A stretch of 64,000 nt of DNA. It comes from Haliotis rubra. Its lineage: Eukaryota. How positions within the stretch are numbered: position 1 is the stretch's first letter; each line of letters begins with the position of its first letter. Below are positions 11,201 to 24,680 of this stretch, piece by piece. The stretch is from contig NW_025766747.1 in assembly GCF_003918875.1 (NCBI RefSeq), positions 930,001 to 994,000 of the forward strand. The letters run 5' to 3'. The notes under the pieces are model-generated. The model was given only the letters and a program-made list of their open reading frames with translations. It ran no database searches and was not told the DNA's origin. The translations under genes were made by a program, and so were the position numbers.

Positions 11201-14200
11201 ATGGGAAAGTCATGGTAGGATGTGTCGCCATTCAACCATGTAATGTGAACTGTCTATAAGACAAATCTATTAGTAACAGTTTCTGGGACACATCAAACAA
11301 ATGTGTAAATTTGCACAAGTAAATTAAAGACAAACGTCGTCCTCTGTCTTTTTTAGTCATTTAACATAATATATGTTTAACGGGGACGGCCCTCTGTCAA
11401 CAAAACACAGCAGCGAGAGAGAGAGAGAGAGAGAGAGAGATCATATTTAAAAGTTATTGCAAATGGATTTTACAAAGCTTAATAGACATTAGTGAGGTTG
11501 ATATTCTACACATAAGCTCTTCTGTTTTGTAGGTGCGGTGGCAGAACGGAAATATATATGTATACAGGTTCGGGGAAACCAACAAATTTGATTTATCTAT
11601 CCGGTGAGTTCTCCGAAACGTATCCTTTCTTGTGAGTCGCTCCTCGCCCGGTTCACCTTGTTCGCCTTGTTACCATCCGTATGTCACGGTTCATGTCCGA
11701 CATGCCAGTTCGCCTTCTTAATTGGAGTTCAATGGGTTTGATTCTTGAGGGATATCTCTTAAGTACTGTTGAAAGCAACGCTGAACCAAATTAGCTATCT
11801 CTCACTTTCACAGAGATCCTGTCGCTTGTCTTCTTGAGTCAACAGCTAAACCAGATGGTGAACAGCCAGCAAGACATGAACAGTTGTCGAGGACTGGACC
11901 AGGTACGTCTGGTAGATAGTATGAACAGTTACCTTTCACTGGACCAGGTACGTCTGGTAGATAGTATGAACAGTTTCCTTGCTCTGTACAACAAGGTAAC
12001 ACTGGTAGATAACATGAACAGTTACCTTTCACTGGAGCAGGTATGTCTGGTAGATAGCATGAACAGTTTCCTTGCTCTGAACAACAAGGTAACACTGGTA
12101 GATAACATGAACAGTTACCTTTCACTGGAGCAGGTACGTCTGGTAGATAGCATGAACAGTTTCCTTGCTCTGAACAACAAGGTAACACTGGTAGATAACA
12201 TGAACAGTTACCTTGCACTGGACCAGGTACGTCTGGTAGATAGCATGAACAGTTACCTTGCTCTGTACAAGAAGGTAACACTGTTAGATAACATGAACAG
12301 TTACCTTTGACTGGAGCAGGTACGTCTGGTAGATAACATGAACAGTTACCTTTCACTGGAGCGGGTACGTCTGGTAGATAACATGAACAATTACCTTTCA
12401 CTGGACCAGGTACGTCTGGTAGATAACATGAACAGTTACCTTTCACTGGAGCAGGTACGTCTGGTAGATAACATGAACAATTACCTTTCACTGGAGCAGG
12501 TATGTCTGGTAGATAGCATGAACAGATTCCTTGCTCTGAACAACAAGGTAACACTGGTAGATAACATGAACAGTTACCTTTCACTGGACCAGGTACGTCT
12601 GGTAGATAGCATGAACAGTTTCCTTGCTCTGAACAACAAGGTAACACTGGTAGATAACATGAACAGTTACCTTGCTCTGTACAACAAGGTAACATTGGTA
12701 GATAACATGAACAGTTACCTTTGACTGGAGCAGGTACGTCTGGTAGATAACATGAACAGTTACCTTTCACTGGAGCAGGTACGTCTGGTAGATAACATGA
12801 ACAGTTACCTTTCACTGGAGCAGGTACGTCTGGTAGATAACATGAACAGTTACCTTGCTCTGTACAACAAGGTTACACTGGTAGATAACATGAACAATTA
12901 CCTTTCACTGGAGCAGGTACGTCTGGTAGATAGCATGAACAGTTTCCTTGCTCTGTACAACAAGGTAACACTGGTAGATAACATGAACAGTTACTTTTCA
13001 CTGGACCAGGTACGTCTGGTAGATAGTATGAACAGTTACCTAGCACCGTACAACAAGGTAACACTGGTAGATAACATGAACAGTTACCTTGCTCTGTACA
13101 ACAAGGTAACACTGGTAGATAACATGAACAGTTACCTTTCACTGGACCAGGTACGTCTGGTAGATAGTATGAACAGTTACCTTGCACCGTACAACAAGGT
13201 AACACTGGTAGATAACATGAACAGTTACCTTGCTCTGTACAACAAGGTAACACTGGTAGATAACATGAACAGTTACTTTTCACTGGACCAGGTACGTCTG
13301 GTAGATAGTATGAACAGTTACCTTCAGCACCGTACAACAAGGTAACACTGGTAGATAACATGAACAGTTACCTTGCTCTGATCAACAAACAGTAACACTG
13401 GTAGATAACATGAACAGTTACCTTGCTCTGTACAACAAGGTAACACTGGTAGATAACATGAACAGTTACCTTTCACTGGACCAGGTACGTCTGGTAGATA
13501 ACATGAACAGTTACCTTTCACTGGAGCAGGTACGTCTGGTAGATAACATGAACAGTTACCTTTCACTGGAGCAGGTAAGTCTGGTAGATAGCATGAACAG
13601 TTACCTTGCTCTGTACAAGGTAACACTGGTAGATAACATGAACAGTTACCTTTCGCTGGACCAGGTACGTCTGGTAGATAGCATAAACAGTTACCTTTCA
13701 CTGGACCAGGTACGTCTGGTAGATAACATGAACAGTTACCTTTCACTGGAGCAGGTACGTCTGGTAGATAGCATGAAAAATTACCTTGCTCTGTACAACA
13801 AGGTAACACTGGTAGATAACATGAACAGTTACCTTTCACTGGACCAGGTACGTCTGGTAGATAGTATGAACAGTTACCTAGCACCGTACAACAAGGTAAC
13901 ACTGGTAGATAACATGAACAGTTACCTTGCTCTGTACAACAAGGTAACACTGGTAGATAACATGAACAGTTACTTTTCACTGGACCAGGTACGTCTGGTA
14001 GATAGTATGAACAGTTACCTAGCACCGTACAACAAGGTAACACTGGTAGATAACATGAACAGTTACCTTGCTCTGAACAACAAGGTAACACTGGTAGATA
14101 ACATGAACAGTTACCTTGCTCTGTACAACAAGGTAACACTGGTAGATAACATGAACAGTTACCTTTCACTGGACCAGGTACGTCTGGTAGATAACATGAA

Positions 14201-16036
14201 CAGTTACCTTTCACTGGAGCAGGTACGTCTGGTAGATAGCATGAACAGTTACCTTTCACTGGAGCAGGTAAGCCTGGTAGATAGCATGAACAGTTACCTT
14301 GCTCTGTACAAGGTAGCACTGGTAGATAACATGAACAGTTACCTTTCACTGGACCAGGTACGTCTGGTAGATAGCATGAACAGTTACCTTTCACTGGACC
14401 AGGTACGTCTGGTAGATAACATGAACAGTTACCTTTCACTGGAGCAGGTACGTCTGGTAGATAGCATGAAAAATTACCTTGCTCTGTACAACAAGGTAAC
14501 ACTGGTAGATAACATGAACAGTTACCTTTCACTGGACCAGGTACGTCTGGTAGATAGCATAAACAGTTACCTTTCACTGGAGCATGTACGTCTGGTAGAT
14601 AACATGAACAGTTACCTTTCACTGGAGCAGGTACGTCTGGTAGATAGCATGAACAGTTACCTTTTACTGGAGCAGGTACGTCTGGTAGATAACATAAACA
14701 GTTATATTTTGCTTGACGAGAAACGTCTATTAGATAACATGACCAGTTACGCATTCGATAAAGAATTAATCTGGACATATGGAACTGATATGTTTGATGT
14801 ATAGCATGTTGCCATGTGACCTGCAGAACAACACATAGCCCGAGTGGCTGACAGCTATCTGTGGCAGAGGGAGGACAAGCAGCGAGGGTGGCAGGACTAC
14901 TCTCCGTCCGACAGTGACAGAATAACTTCAGCCTACAAGAAACGTTCTGAAGGTTCTTGCCTGCTTCAGAGAAACAATGAAAGGTGACAACATTCCTTGT
15001 CATTCGGACATTGCTATGTGAGGGAATATCACAGAGTCATATCGTAATTTACAACAATGAAAGGCGATAACATTCCTTGTCATTCCGACATTGCTATGTG
15101 AGGGAATATCACAGAGTCATATCGTAATTGACAACAATGAAAGGTGATAACATTCCTTGTCATTCCGACATTGCTATGTGAGGGAATATCACAGAGTCAT
15201 ATCGTAATTGACAACAATGAAAGGTGATAACATTCCTTGTCATTCGGACATTGCTATGTGAGGGAATATCACAGAGTCATATCGTAATTTACAACAATGA
15301 AAGGCGATAACATTCCTTGTCATTCCGACATTGCTATGTGAGGGAATATCACAGAGTCATATCGTAATTGACAACAATGAAAGGTGATAACATTCCTTGT
15401 CATTCCGACATTGCTATGTGAGGGAATATCACAGAGTCATATCGTAATTGACAACAATGAAAGGTGATAACATTCCTTGTCATTCCGACATTGCTATGTG
15501 AGGGAATATCACAGAGTCATATCGTAATTGACAACAATGAAAGGTGATAACATTCCTTGTCATTCCGACATTGCTATGTGAGGGAATATCATATCGTAAT
15601 TTACAAGAGTCATATCGTAATTTACAAGAAGGCCAAACATCATACTGTTTCAGTGAAACCTTAAATCAGAAGAACAAATCTTTATCCTGGAAACGGTATC
15701 ACTAATGCATCACAGTCTCTCATACCACCTTTCACAGGGATGTTGCCATTGCCATATGGGCTTCTAAATGTTTTCTTTTCCACCCTTAGCTACAGAGTTA
15801 TGTTCAAGTCTATGCAAGAAAAGTCAATTACAAACCAGTCAACCGTTCGGATCAGGAAACGAGCTATAGGTAATGTTTTGAAGGCCACACACAATTGATA
15901 CATGTATTGGAAAATACATAGATAACTCACATGTGCACATTCTGATTCTGTGATGTGGAAACAATAAGTATTATTTGACCAATAACCATAATAGACTTTC
16001 TATTAATTATTTCAAGGCATTCTTCCTAAATCTTAG
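2235..16036 (+). CDS. Gene 1: multi-exon N-terminal domain / coiled coil / VWA / 2x MIB-HERC2 / WWE protein, about 1175 aa
   Basis: Manually spliced exons: 2235-2385, 3024-3522, 4074-5192 (GC donor), 5402-5547, 5896-6018, 6323-6445, 6600-6671, 7993-8114, 8202-8306, 9045-9134, 9245-9367, 9934-10132, 10387-10533, 11123-11214, 11533-11603, 11814-11902, 14827-14983, 15790-15869, 16017-16036. All phases join into one open frame of 3528 nt. Motifs: VWA LDTVICIDTSDS..ENIALVTFGG..FIIITDG; MIB/HERC2 GTRVVRSQDWVWGNQD..VYWDSG and VERGPDWHMTYGDQDGG..VRWQNG; WWE YLWQREDKQRGWQDYS. The start codon and the last micro-exon are less certain. Confidence 0.85.
2505..2850. repeat. Degenerate AT-rich tandem repeat with recurring GATATC
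   Basis: GATATC(T)TGAA-like motif recurs roughly every 20-25 bp. Confidence 0.55.
3608..3841 (-). mobile_element. SINE-like dispersed repeat, family A (about 245 bp, TCAC tail)
   Basis: Reverse complement of the element at 8366, 29741 and 45650 (ACCCGTGAAG...GTCGTAAGAGGCGACTAACGG...TAAAACTAAACTCACTCAC). Confidence 0.85.
3917..4078 (+). repeat. 81-bp tandem duplication that includes the splice acceptor of gene 1 exon 3
   Basis: Two near-identical copies ending TACTT(A/G)CAG|GTCAA, with AG at 3991-3992 and 4072-4073. Confidence 0.9.
6920..8012 (+). repeat. 59-bp minisatellite, about 18 copies; the last copy is the acceptor plus the first ~20 nt of the exon at 7993
   Basis: Unit GGGTTTTCATGCTGGAATATGTTACTATTTGTCTTCAG|GAGGAATACTTAACATCAGA. 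Confidence 0.95.
8366..8612 (+). mobile_element. SINE-like family A with target-site duplication
   Basis: Full copy flanked by CTTTAACTATATCA / CTTTAACTGTATCA. Confidence 0.9.
10835..10986 (+). mobile_element. Short tRNA-derived SINE (family B) sharing the 3' tail of family A
   Basis: A-box-like TAGCCTAGTGGTTAAAGC, B-box GGTTCGATTCC, tail GGCGTAAAACTAAACTCACTCAC, TSD TCAAGTTACAT. Confidence 0.8.
11415..11440. repeat. (GA)n microsatellite
   Basis: Seen directly. Confidence 0.95.
11875..14750 (+). repeat. Intronic minisatellite of interleaved 45-bp and 48-bp units (about 60 copies) starting at the exon 11814-11902 donor
   Basis: Unit A ATGAACAGTTACCTTTCACTGGACCAG|GTACGTCTGGTAGATAGC; unit B ATGAACAGTTACCTTGCTCTGTACAACAAG|GTAACACTGGTAGATAAC. 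Confidence 0.95.
14974..15627 (+). repeat. 80-bp minisatellite, about 8 copies, starting at the WWE exon donor
   Basis: Unit ACAATGAAAG|GTGATAACATTCCTTGTCATTCCGACATTGCTATGTGAGGGAATATCACAGAGTCATATCGTAATTGACA. Confidence 0.95.
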
Positions 16037-17574
16037 AAAAGATAAAATTGCTGAAGGCTGATGTTTACACGCCTTGAAGTGATACTAGTCTCTAAGAAGT
16101 GTGCAGGAAGGACATCTCCGACAAGGAAATAAGTTCGCATCTATACAAAACAACACAACTCCTGATGTGTTTATAACTTTAAACGTAGTCAGGATTTGTT
16201 GAACGAGTAATCGGACATGTTTGCCTCCTCGTGTGTAGTCTCTGTTGTCATGTTTGGTTATTTTCAGAATGATCGAGGGGACCAGTCTGATGTTTTCGTA
16301 GTACGCCAACAAGAGCTTTTCATTTAATCATTTCGTGTGCTCAGACCGTAATTAGAGTGCAGTGATAAACTGACCTGTCGCTAATCAAACCCCAGTACAG
16401 GATGGTAAGCTTTCCTTCCTGCTGCTGTCACAGCGACAGTCATGATTCATTTTAGTTGTGTACAATGTGTTTGGTCAGTGCTAAAATAATCACATGTCAG
16501 TTTTATTTGTGAACACTAAAAAATGCCTATAAACCTTTAATGTACGTGTACACGTAACAGTGACTGATTACACGACTCAAAGCATGCATCAATGTATCAC
16601 TGAGCACAAACGTTTAAGTTTAGCCTAGATGATATCCTAGAATAAAACTACACAAAACCTATATCTTACACATTACTACATATTTGTGTTTAATTTTATG
16701 CAAATATTCCATATAGATTATGAGCTGACATGCTGCAACATTCTTGTATTTCACATAAACGTTCAAAGCTTAGTTGTCATGTAATATAGTCACCATAGAC
16801 ATTGTATAGGGACACAAAATAAGAATCTTTGGAGGAAAAGAAGCGGGGTTTACCTGAGATTGTTGTGTTGTAGACAGGATATTTTTTTTTATCTCTACAG
16901 TTCATGTCAGTTAATTCTCTGAAGGGTGTAGCCAAACAATTTCATTCCTTTTTACGACATATTTGATTCAGGACATCAAGCACGTCCCAAAACATTGTTC
17001 CGTTTTTTCAAATATTTTTTGCATTTTGTCCTCACAATAGTAACGACGGATTTTTTCTGGGATTGTTTCAATCGTATTTTATTGTCCAAAAAGACAACGG
17101 AATTGGACACAAGTGCACTACTTACTGTCGCCTTCTCCCCATCTGTTAGATAACTGGTTATGATTTAGAATCATGTGCGCTATTATTCTTATGACCACAT
17201 GCTTTATCATTGCGTTATGCTTTTGTCGATTTTTCCTAATTGCAAATGAACAAACATATATTATGTATTTTTCAATCTATGCGTGAAATAAAGATGAAAC
17301 ATTGAACATGTATCTGTTGTATGTATGTGACACATTGTTTGGATAACAATGACTTGCTGCTGGAACTTCCAGTCAACAATGTCGCGGAGGATTCTGTTAG
17401 ATCATTCCATCCGCCGACTCGCTGATCACATATCAAGCTCCCTCTCTGTTGCAGTCGCTGTTGTTTACTAATGGAAGACACTGTAACAATCCTGTGCATT
17501 ATTTTGTTTGCGGATTTCCTGCTGAGACATCGCAAGAAGACAGGATGTTGCTACTTCTACTATGGGACATTCAA

Positions 17575-17681
17575 TCCTGCTGTTGATCACTGGATTGTCT
17601 GGTCCAGACTCGACTATTTACAGATCGCCGCCACATAGCAAGAATATGTCTGAGCGCAGCGTTAAACAACAAACAAACCAA
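17575..17681 (+). mobile_element. 3' fragment of SINE-like family A
   Basis: TGCTGTTGATCACTGGATTGTCTGGTCCAGACTCG...GCGTTAAACAACAAAC. Confidence 0.7.
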
Positions 17682-18218
17682 TCCTATCCAGCATATATAC
17701 ACTCCAAGTACACGCGTGTCTGCACGTATCTCATGGCATCACATTTTGTACACAACTGTAAAATTCACGTTTTAGTGTCTACGTTTAACGTTATCCCAAC
17801 ATGTAACATTTATTCCGACAAAAGGCAGCAGGCTGTAAAGTTTAGTCATCTATTCATGACATCATCCAGTTCATGATCCGACAGCTATCACAAACTCCAG
17901 CTGAACAGATGTGTAACAATGAACTGACCCACGTGTAACAATGAACTGACCAACGTGTAACAATGGACTGACCCACGTTAACTGATGCAAGACGTAATTC
18001 CACATGTACATTTTCAGTACATTTAACACAAATTCTAAAAACAAAATTTAAAGAATAGACATGTTGTTTTCAAACCGGATTAAACAAATATATGATGTTT
18101 GCACTTGACAGATCTGGAATCGCTTGTCAGCTCCGTCGCATTAGGTACGAAAAACAACACATGGTCAGTAAAATCATGCCATTTATCAGACGTGACACAT
18201 ATGTTTTCAGAGTACACA

Positions 18219-18372
18219 GGACCGCCACAGGTTAGAGCGTCCGCCTGGAGAGCGGAAGATCGCGGGTTCGACCCCGGCCGCGTCATACCTAAAGACGTTA
18301 AAATGTGGTACTTGTTGATCCCTGCCTGGCGCTCGGCATTAATTGGTACAACAAGGACTGGTCGGCTAGCGG
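18219..18372 (+). mobile_element. tRNA-derived SINE 5' part with a Meta-like core, truncated at the start of the satellite
   Basis: tRNA-like head (GGTTAGAGCG...GGGTTCGACCCC) followed by GTCATACCTAAAGACGTTAAAATGTGGTAC...CCCTGCCTGGCGCTCGGCATTAA. The resemblance to the MetaSINE core is from recall. Confidence 0.6.
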
Positions 18373-21300
18373 CTGACAGTTCAGCAGGTTCCCCTTTAAC
18401 CCTCAGATACACAGGCACATCTTATATATCCACTGACAATTCAGCAAGTTCCCCTTTGACCTTCAGGTACACATGCACATCTAATATATCCACTGACAGT
18501 TCTACAGGTTCCCCTTTAACCCACAGATACACAGTACATCTAATATATCCACTGACAGTTCTACAGGTTCCCCTTTAACCCACAGATACACAGCACATCT
18601 TATATATCCACTGTCAGTTCTACAGGTTCCCCTTTGACCTTCAGGTACACATGCACATCTAATATATCCACTGTCAGTTCTACAGGTTCCCCTTTGACCT
18701 TCAGGTACACATGCACATCTAATATATCCACTGACAGTTCTGCAGGTTCCCCTTTAACCCACAGATACACAGCACATCTAATATATCCACTGACAGTTCT
18801 ACAGGTTCCCCTTTAGACCACAGCACATCTCCAGATACACAGCACATCTTATATATCCACTGTCAGTTCTACAGGTTCCCCTTTGACCTTCAGGTACACA
18901 TGCACATCTAATATATCCACTGTCAGTTCTACAGGTTCCCCTTTGACCCACAGATACACAGCACATCTTATATATCCACTGACAGTTCTACAGGTTCCCC
19001 TTTAACCCTCAGATACACAGCACATCTTATATATCCACTGTCAGTTCTACAGGTTCCCCTTTGACCTTCAGGTACACATGCACATCTAATATATCCACTG
19101 ACAGTTCAGCAGGTTCCCCTTTAACCCACAGATACACAGCACATCTTATATATCCACTGACAGTTCTACAGGTTCCCCTTTGATCTTCAGGTACACATGC
19201 ACATCTAATATATCCACTTACAGTTCTACAGGTTCCCCTTTAACCCACAGATACACAGCACATCTAATATATCAACTGACAGTTCTACAGGTTCCCCTTT
19301 AACCCACAGATACACAGCACATCTTATATATCCACTGACAGTTCTACAGGTTCCCCTTTGATCTTCAGGTACACATGCACATCTAATATATCCACTGACA
19401 GTTCTACAGGTTCCCCTTTGATCTTCAGGTACACAGCACATCTTATATATCCACTGACAGTTCTACAGGTTCCCCTTTGATCTTCAGGTACACATGCACA
19501 TCTAATATATCCACTGACAGTTCTACAGGTTCCCCTTTAACCCACAGATACACAGCACATCTAATATATCCACTGACAGTTCTACAGGTTCCCCTTTAAC
19601 CCTCAGATACACATGCACATCTTATATATCCACTGACAGTTCTACAGGTTCCCCTTTAACCCTCAGATGCACAGTACATCTTATATATCCACTGACAGTT
19701 CTGCAGGTTCCCCTTTAACCCACAGATACACAGCACATCTTATATATCCACTGACAGTTCTACAGGTTCCCCTTTAACCCTCAGATACACAGCACATCTT
19801 ATATATCCACTGTCAGTTCTACAGGTTCCCCTTTGACCTTCAGGTACACATGCACATCTTATATCCACTGACAGTTCTACAGGTTCCCCTTTGACCTTCA
19901 GGTACACATGCAAATCTAATATGTCCACTGACAGTTCTACAGGTTCCCCTTTAACCCACAGATACACAGTACATCTAATATATCCACTGACAGTTCTACA
20001 GGTTCCCCTTTAACCCTCAGATACACAGCACATCTAATATATCCACTGACAGTTCTACAGGTTCCCCTTTAACCCTCAGATACACAGCACATCTAATATA
20101 TCCACTGACAGTTCTACAGGTTCCCCTTTGACCTTCAGGTACACATGCACATCTAATATATCCACTGACAGTTCTACAGGTTCCCCTTTGATCCTCAGAT
20201 ACACAGCACATCTAATATATCCACTGACAGTTCTACAGGTTCCCCTTTGATCTTCAGGTACACATGCACATCTAATATATCCACTGACAGTTCTACAGGT
20301 TCCCCTTTAACCCACAGATACACAGCACATCTAATATATCCACTGACAGTTCTACAGGTTCCCCTTTGATCTTCAGGTACACAGCACATCTAATATATCC
20401 ACTGACAGTTCTACAGGTTCCCCTTTGATCTTCAGGTACACAGCACATCTAATATATCCACTGACAGTTCTACAGGTTCCCCTTTGATCTTCAGGTACAC
20501 AGCACATCTAATATATCCACTGACAGTTCTACAGGTTCCCCTTTGACCTTCAGGTACACATGCACATCTAATATATCCACTGACAGTTCTACAGGTTCCC
20601 CTTTAACCCACAGATACACAGCACATCTAATATATCCACTGACAGTTCTACAGGTTCCCCTTTGACCTTCAGGTACACAGCACATCTTATATATCCACTG
20701 ACAGTTCTACAGGTTCCCCTTTGACCTTCAGGTACACATGCACATCTTATATGTCCACTGACAGTTCTCCAGGTTCCCCTTTAACCCACAGATACACAGT
20801 ACATCTAATATATCCACTGACAGTTCTACAGGTTCCCCTTTAACCCTCAGATACACAGCACATCTATTATATCCACTGACAGTTCTACAGGTTCCCCTTT
20901 AACCCTCAGATACACAGCACATCTAATATATCCACTGACAGTTCTACAGGTTCCCCTTTGATCTTCAGGTACACATGCACATCTAATATATCCACTGACA
21001 GTTCTACAGGTTCCCCTTTAACCCACAGATACACAGCACATCTAATATATCCACTGACAGTTCTACAGGTTCCCCTTTGATCTTCAGGTACACAGCACAT
21101 CTAATATATCCACTGACAGTTCTACAGGTTCCCCTTTGATCTTCAGGTACACATGCACATCTAATATATCCACTGACAGTTCTACAGGTTCCCCTTTGAT
21201 CTTCAGGTACACAGCACATCTAATATATCCACTGACAGTTCTACAGGTTCCCCTTTGACCTTCAGGTACACATGCACATCTAATATATCCACTGACAGTT

Positions 21301-24300
21301 CTACAGGTTCCCCTTTAACCCACAGATACACAGCACATCTAATATATCCACTGACAGTTCTACAGGTTCCCCTTTGACCTTCAGGTACACAGCACATCTT
21401 ATATATCCACTGACAGTTCTACAGGTTCCCCTTTGACCTTCAGGTACACATGCACATCTAATATATCCACTGACAGTTCTACAGGTTCCCCTTTAACCCA
21501 CAGATACACAGTACATCTTATATATCCTTCAGGTACACATGCACATCTAATATATCCACTGACAGTTCTACAGGTTCCCCTTTGACCTTCAGGTACACAT
21601 GCACATCTAATATATCCACTGACAGTTCTACAGGTTCCCCTTTGATCTTCAGGTACACATGCACATCTAATATATCCACTGACAGTTCTACAGGTTCCCC
21701 TTTGACCTTCAGGTACACATGCACATCTAATATATCCACTGACAGTTCTACAGGTTCCCCTTTGATCTTCAGGTACACAGCACATCTAATATATCCACTG
21801 ACAGTTCTACAGGTTCCCCTTTGATCTTCAGGTACACATGCACATCTAATATATCCACTGACAGTTCTACAGGTTCCCCTTTAACCCACAGATACACAGC
21901 ACATCTAATATATCCACTGACAGTTCTACAGGTTCCCCTTTGATCTTCAGGTACACATGCACATCTAATATATCCACTGACAGTTCTACAGGTTCCCCTT
22001 TAACCCACAGATACACAGCACATCTAATATATCCACTGACAGTTCTACAGGTTCCCTTTGACCTTCAGGTACACAGCACATCTTATATATCCACTGACAG
22101 TTCTACAGGTTCCCTTTGACCTTCAGGTACACATGCACATCTTATATATCCACTGACAGTTCTCCAGGTTCCCTTTAACCCACAGATACACAGTACATCT
22201 AATATATCCACTGACAGTTCTACAGGTTCCCTTTAACCCTCTCAGATACACAGCACATCTAATATATCCACTGACAGTTCTACAGGTTCCCTTTGATCTT
22301 CAGGTACACATGCACATCTAATATATCCACTGACAGTTCTACAGGTTCCCCTTTAACCCACAGATACACAGCACATCTAATATATCCACTGACAGTTCTA
22401 CAGGTTCCCCTTTGATCTTCAGGTACACAGCACATGTAATATATCCACTGACAGTTCTACAGGTTCCCCTTTGATCTTCAGGTACACATCACATCTAATA
22501 TATCCACTGACAGTTCTACAGGTTCCCCTTTGATCTTCAGGTACACAGCACATCTAATATATCCACTGACAGTTCTACAGGTTCCCCTTTGACCTTCAGG
22601 TACACATGCACATCTAATATATCCACTGACAGTTCTACAGGTTCCCCTTTAACCCACAGATACACAGCACATCTAATATATCCACTGACAGTTCTACAGG
22701 TTCCCCTTTGACCTTCAGGTACACAGCACATCTTATATATCCACTGACAGTTCTACAGGTTCCCCTTTGACCTTCAGGTACACATGCACATCTAATATAT
22801 CCACTGACAGTTCTACAGGTTCCCCTTTAACCCACAGATACACAGTACATCTTATATATCCACTGACAGTTCTACAGGTTCCCCTTTGACCTTCAGGTAC
22901 ACATGCACATCTAATATATCCACTGACAGTTCTACAGGTTCCCCTTTGACCTTCAGGTACACATGCACATCTAATATATCCACTGACAGTTCTACAGGTT
23001 CCCCTTTGACCTTCAGGTACACATGCACATCTAATATATCCACTGACAGTTCTACAGGTTCCCCTTTGATCTTCAGGTACACAGCACATCTAATATATCC
23101 ACTGACAGTTCTACAGGTTCCCCTTTGATCTTCAGGTACACATGCACATCTAATATATCCACTGACAGTTCTACAGGTTCCCCTTTAACCCACAGATACA
23201 CAGCACATCTAATATATCCACTGACAGTTCTACAGGTTCCCCTTTGATCTTCAGGTACACATGCACATCTAATATATCCACTGACAGTTCTACAGGTTCC
23301 CCTTTAACCCACAGATACACAGTACATCTAATATATCCACTGACAGTTCTACAGGTTCCCCTTTGATCTTCAGGTACACATGCACATCTAATATATCCAC
23401 TGACAGTTCTACAGGTTCCCCTTTGACCTTCAGGTACACATGCACATCTAATATATCCACTGACAGTTCTACAGGTTCCCCTTTGACCTTCAGATACACA
23501 TGCACATCTTATATATCCACTGACAGTTCTACAGGTTCCCCTTTGACCCTCAGATACACAGTACATCTTATATATCCACTGACAGTTCTACAGGTTCCCC
23601 TTTAACCCTCAGATACACAGTACATCTTATATATCCACTGACAGTTCTACAGGTTCCCCTTTAACCCTCAGATACACAGTACATCTTATATATCCACTGA
23701 CAGTTCTACAGGTTCCCCTTTAACCCTCAGATACACATGTACATCTTATATATCCACTGACAGTTCTACAGGTTCCCCTTTAACCCTCAGATACACAGTA
23801 CATCTTATATATCCACTGACAGTTCTACAGGTTCCCCTTTGACCTTCAGGTACACATGCACATCTTATATATCCACTGACAGTTCTACAGGTTCCCCTTT
23901 AACCCACAGATACACAGCACATCTTATATATCCACTGACAGTTCTACAGGTTCCCCTTTAACCTTCAGGTACACATGCACATCTAATATATCCACTGACA
24001 GTTCTACAGGTTCCCCTTTAACCCACAGATACACAGTACATCTTATATATCCACTGACAGTTCTACAGGTTCCCCTTTAACCCTCAGATACACAGTACAT
24101 CTTATATATCCACTGACAGTTCTACAGGTTCCCCTTTAACCCTCAGATACACAGTACATCTTATATATCCACTGACAGTTCTACAGGTTCCCTTTAACCC
24201 TCAGATACACAGTACATCTTATATATCCACTGACAGTTCTACAGGTTCCCTTTAACCCTCAGATACACAGTACATCTTATATATCCACTGACAGTTCTAC

Positions 24301-24680
24301 AGGTTCCCCTTTAACCCTCAGATACACAGTACATCTTATATATCCACTGACAGTTCTACAGGTTCCCCTTTAACCCTCAGATACACATGCACATCTTATA
24401 TATCCACTGACAGTTCTACAGGTTCCCCTTTAACCCTCAGATACACAGTACATCTTATATATCCACTGACAGTTCTACAGGTTCCCCTTTGACCTTCAGG
24501 TACACATGCACATCTTATATATCCACTGACAGTTCTACAGGTTCCCCTTTAACCCACAGATACACAGCACATCTTATATATCCACTGACAGTTCTACAGG
24601 TTCTCTTTTGACCTTCAGGTACACATGCACATCTAATATATCCACTGACAGTTCTACAGGTTCCCCTTTAACCTTCTGCT
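18373..24680. repeat. 6.3-kb intergenic satellite of 59/60-bp units, about 105 copies
   Basis: Unit ATATATCCACTGACAGTTCTACAGGTTCCCCTTT[AACCCACAGA|GACCTTCAGG]TACACA[G|TG]CACATCT(A/T). Confidence 0.97.

Noticed and set aside
11808-15003. Long Cys-rich (minus strand) and MNSYL-repeat (plus strand) ORFs up to 559 aa, superficially metallothionein-like or LRR-like
   Set aside because: They arise because the 45/48-bp units are multiples of three. The array lies inside a phase-consistent intron of gene 1, and its ORFs are broken by sporadic stops and frameshifts.
18373-24680. Many short repetitive ORFs and a possible CRISPR-like array
   Set aside because: Head-to-tail satellite with no unique spacers, mixed 59/60-bp units that shift frame, eukaryotic context and no cas genes.
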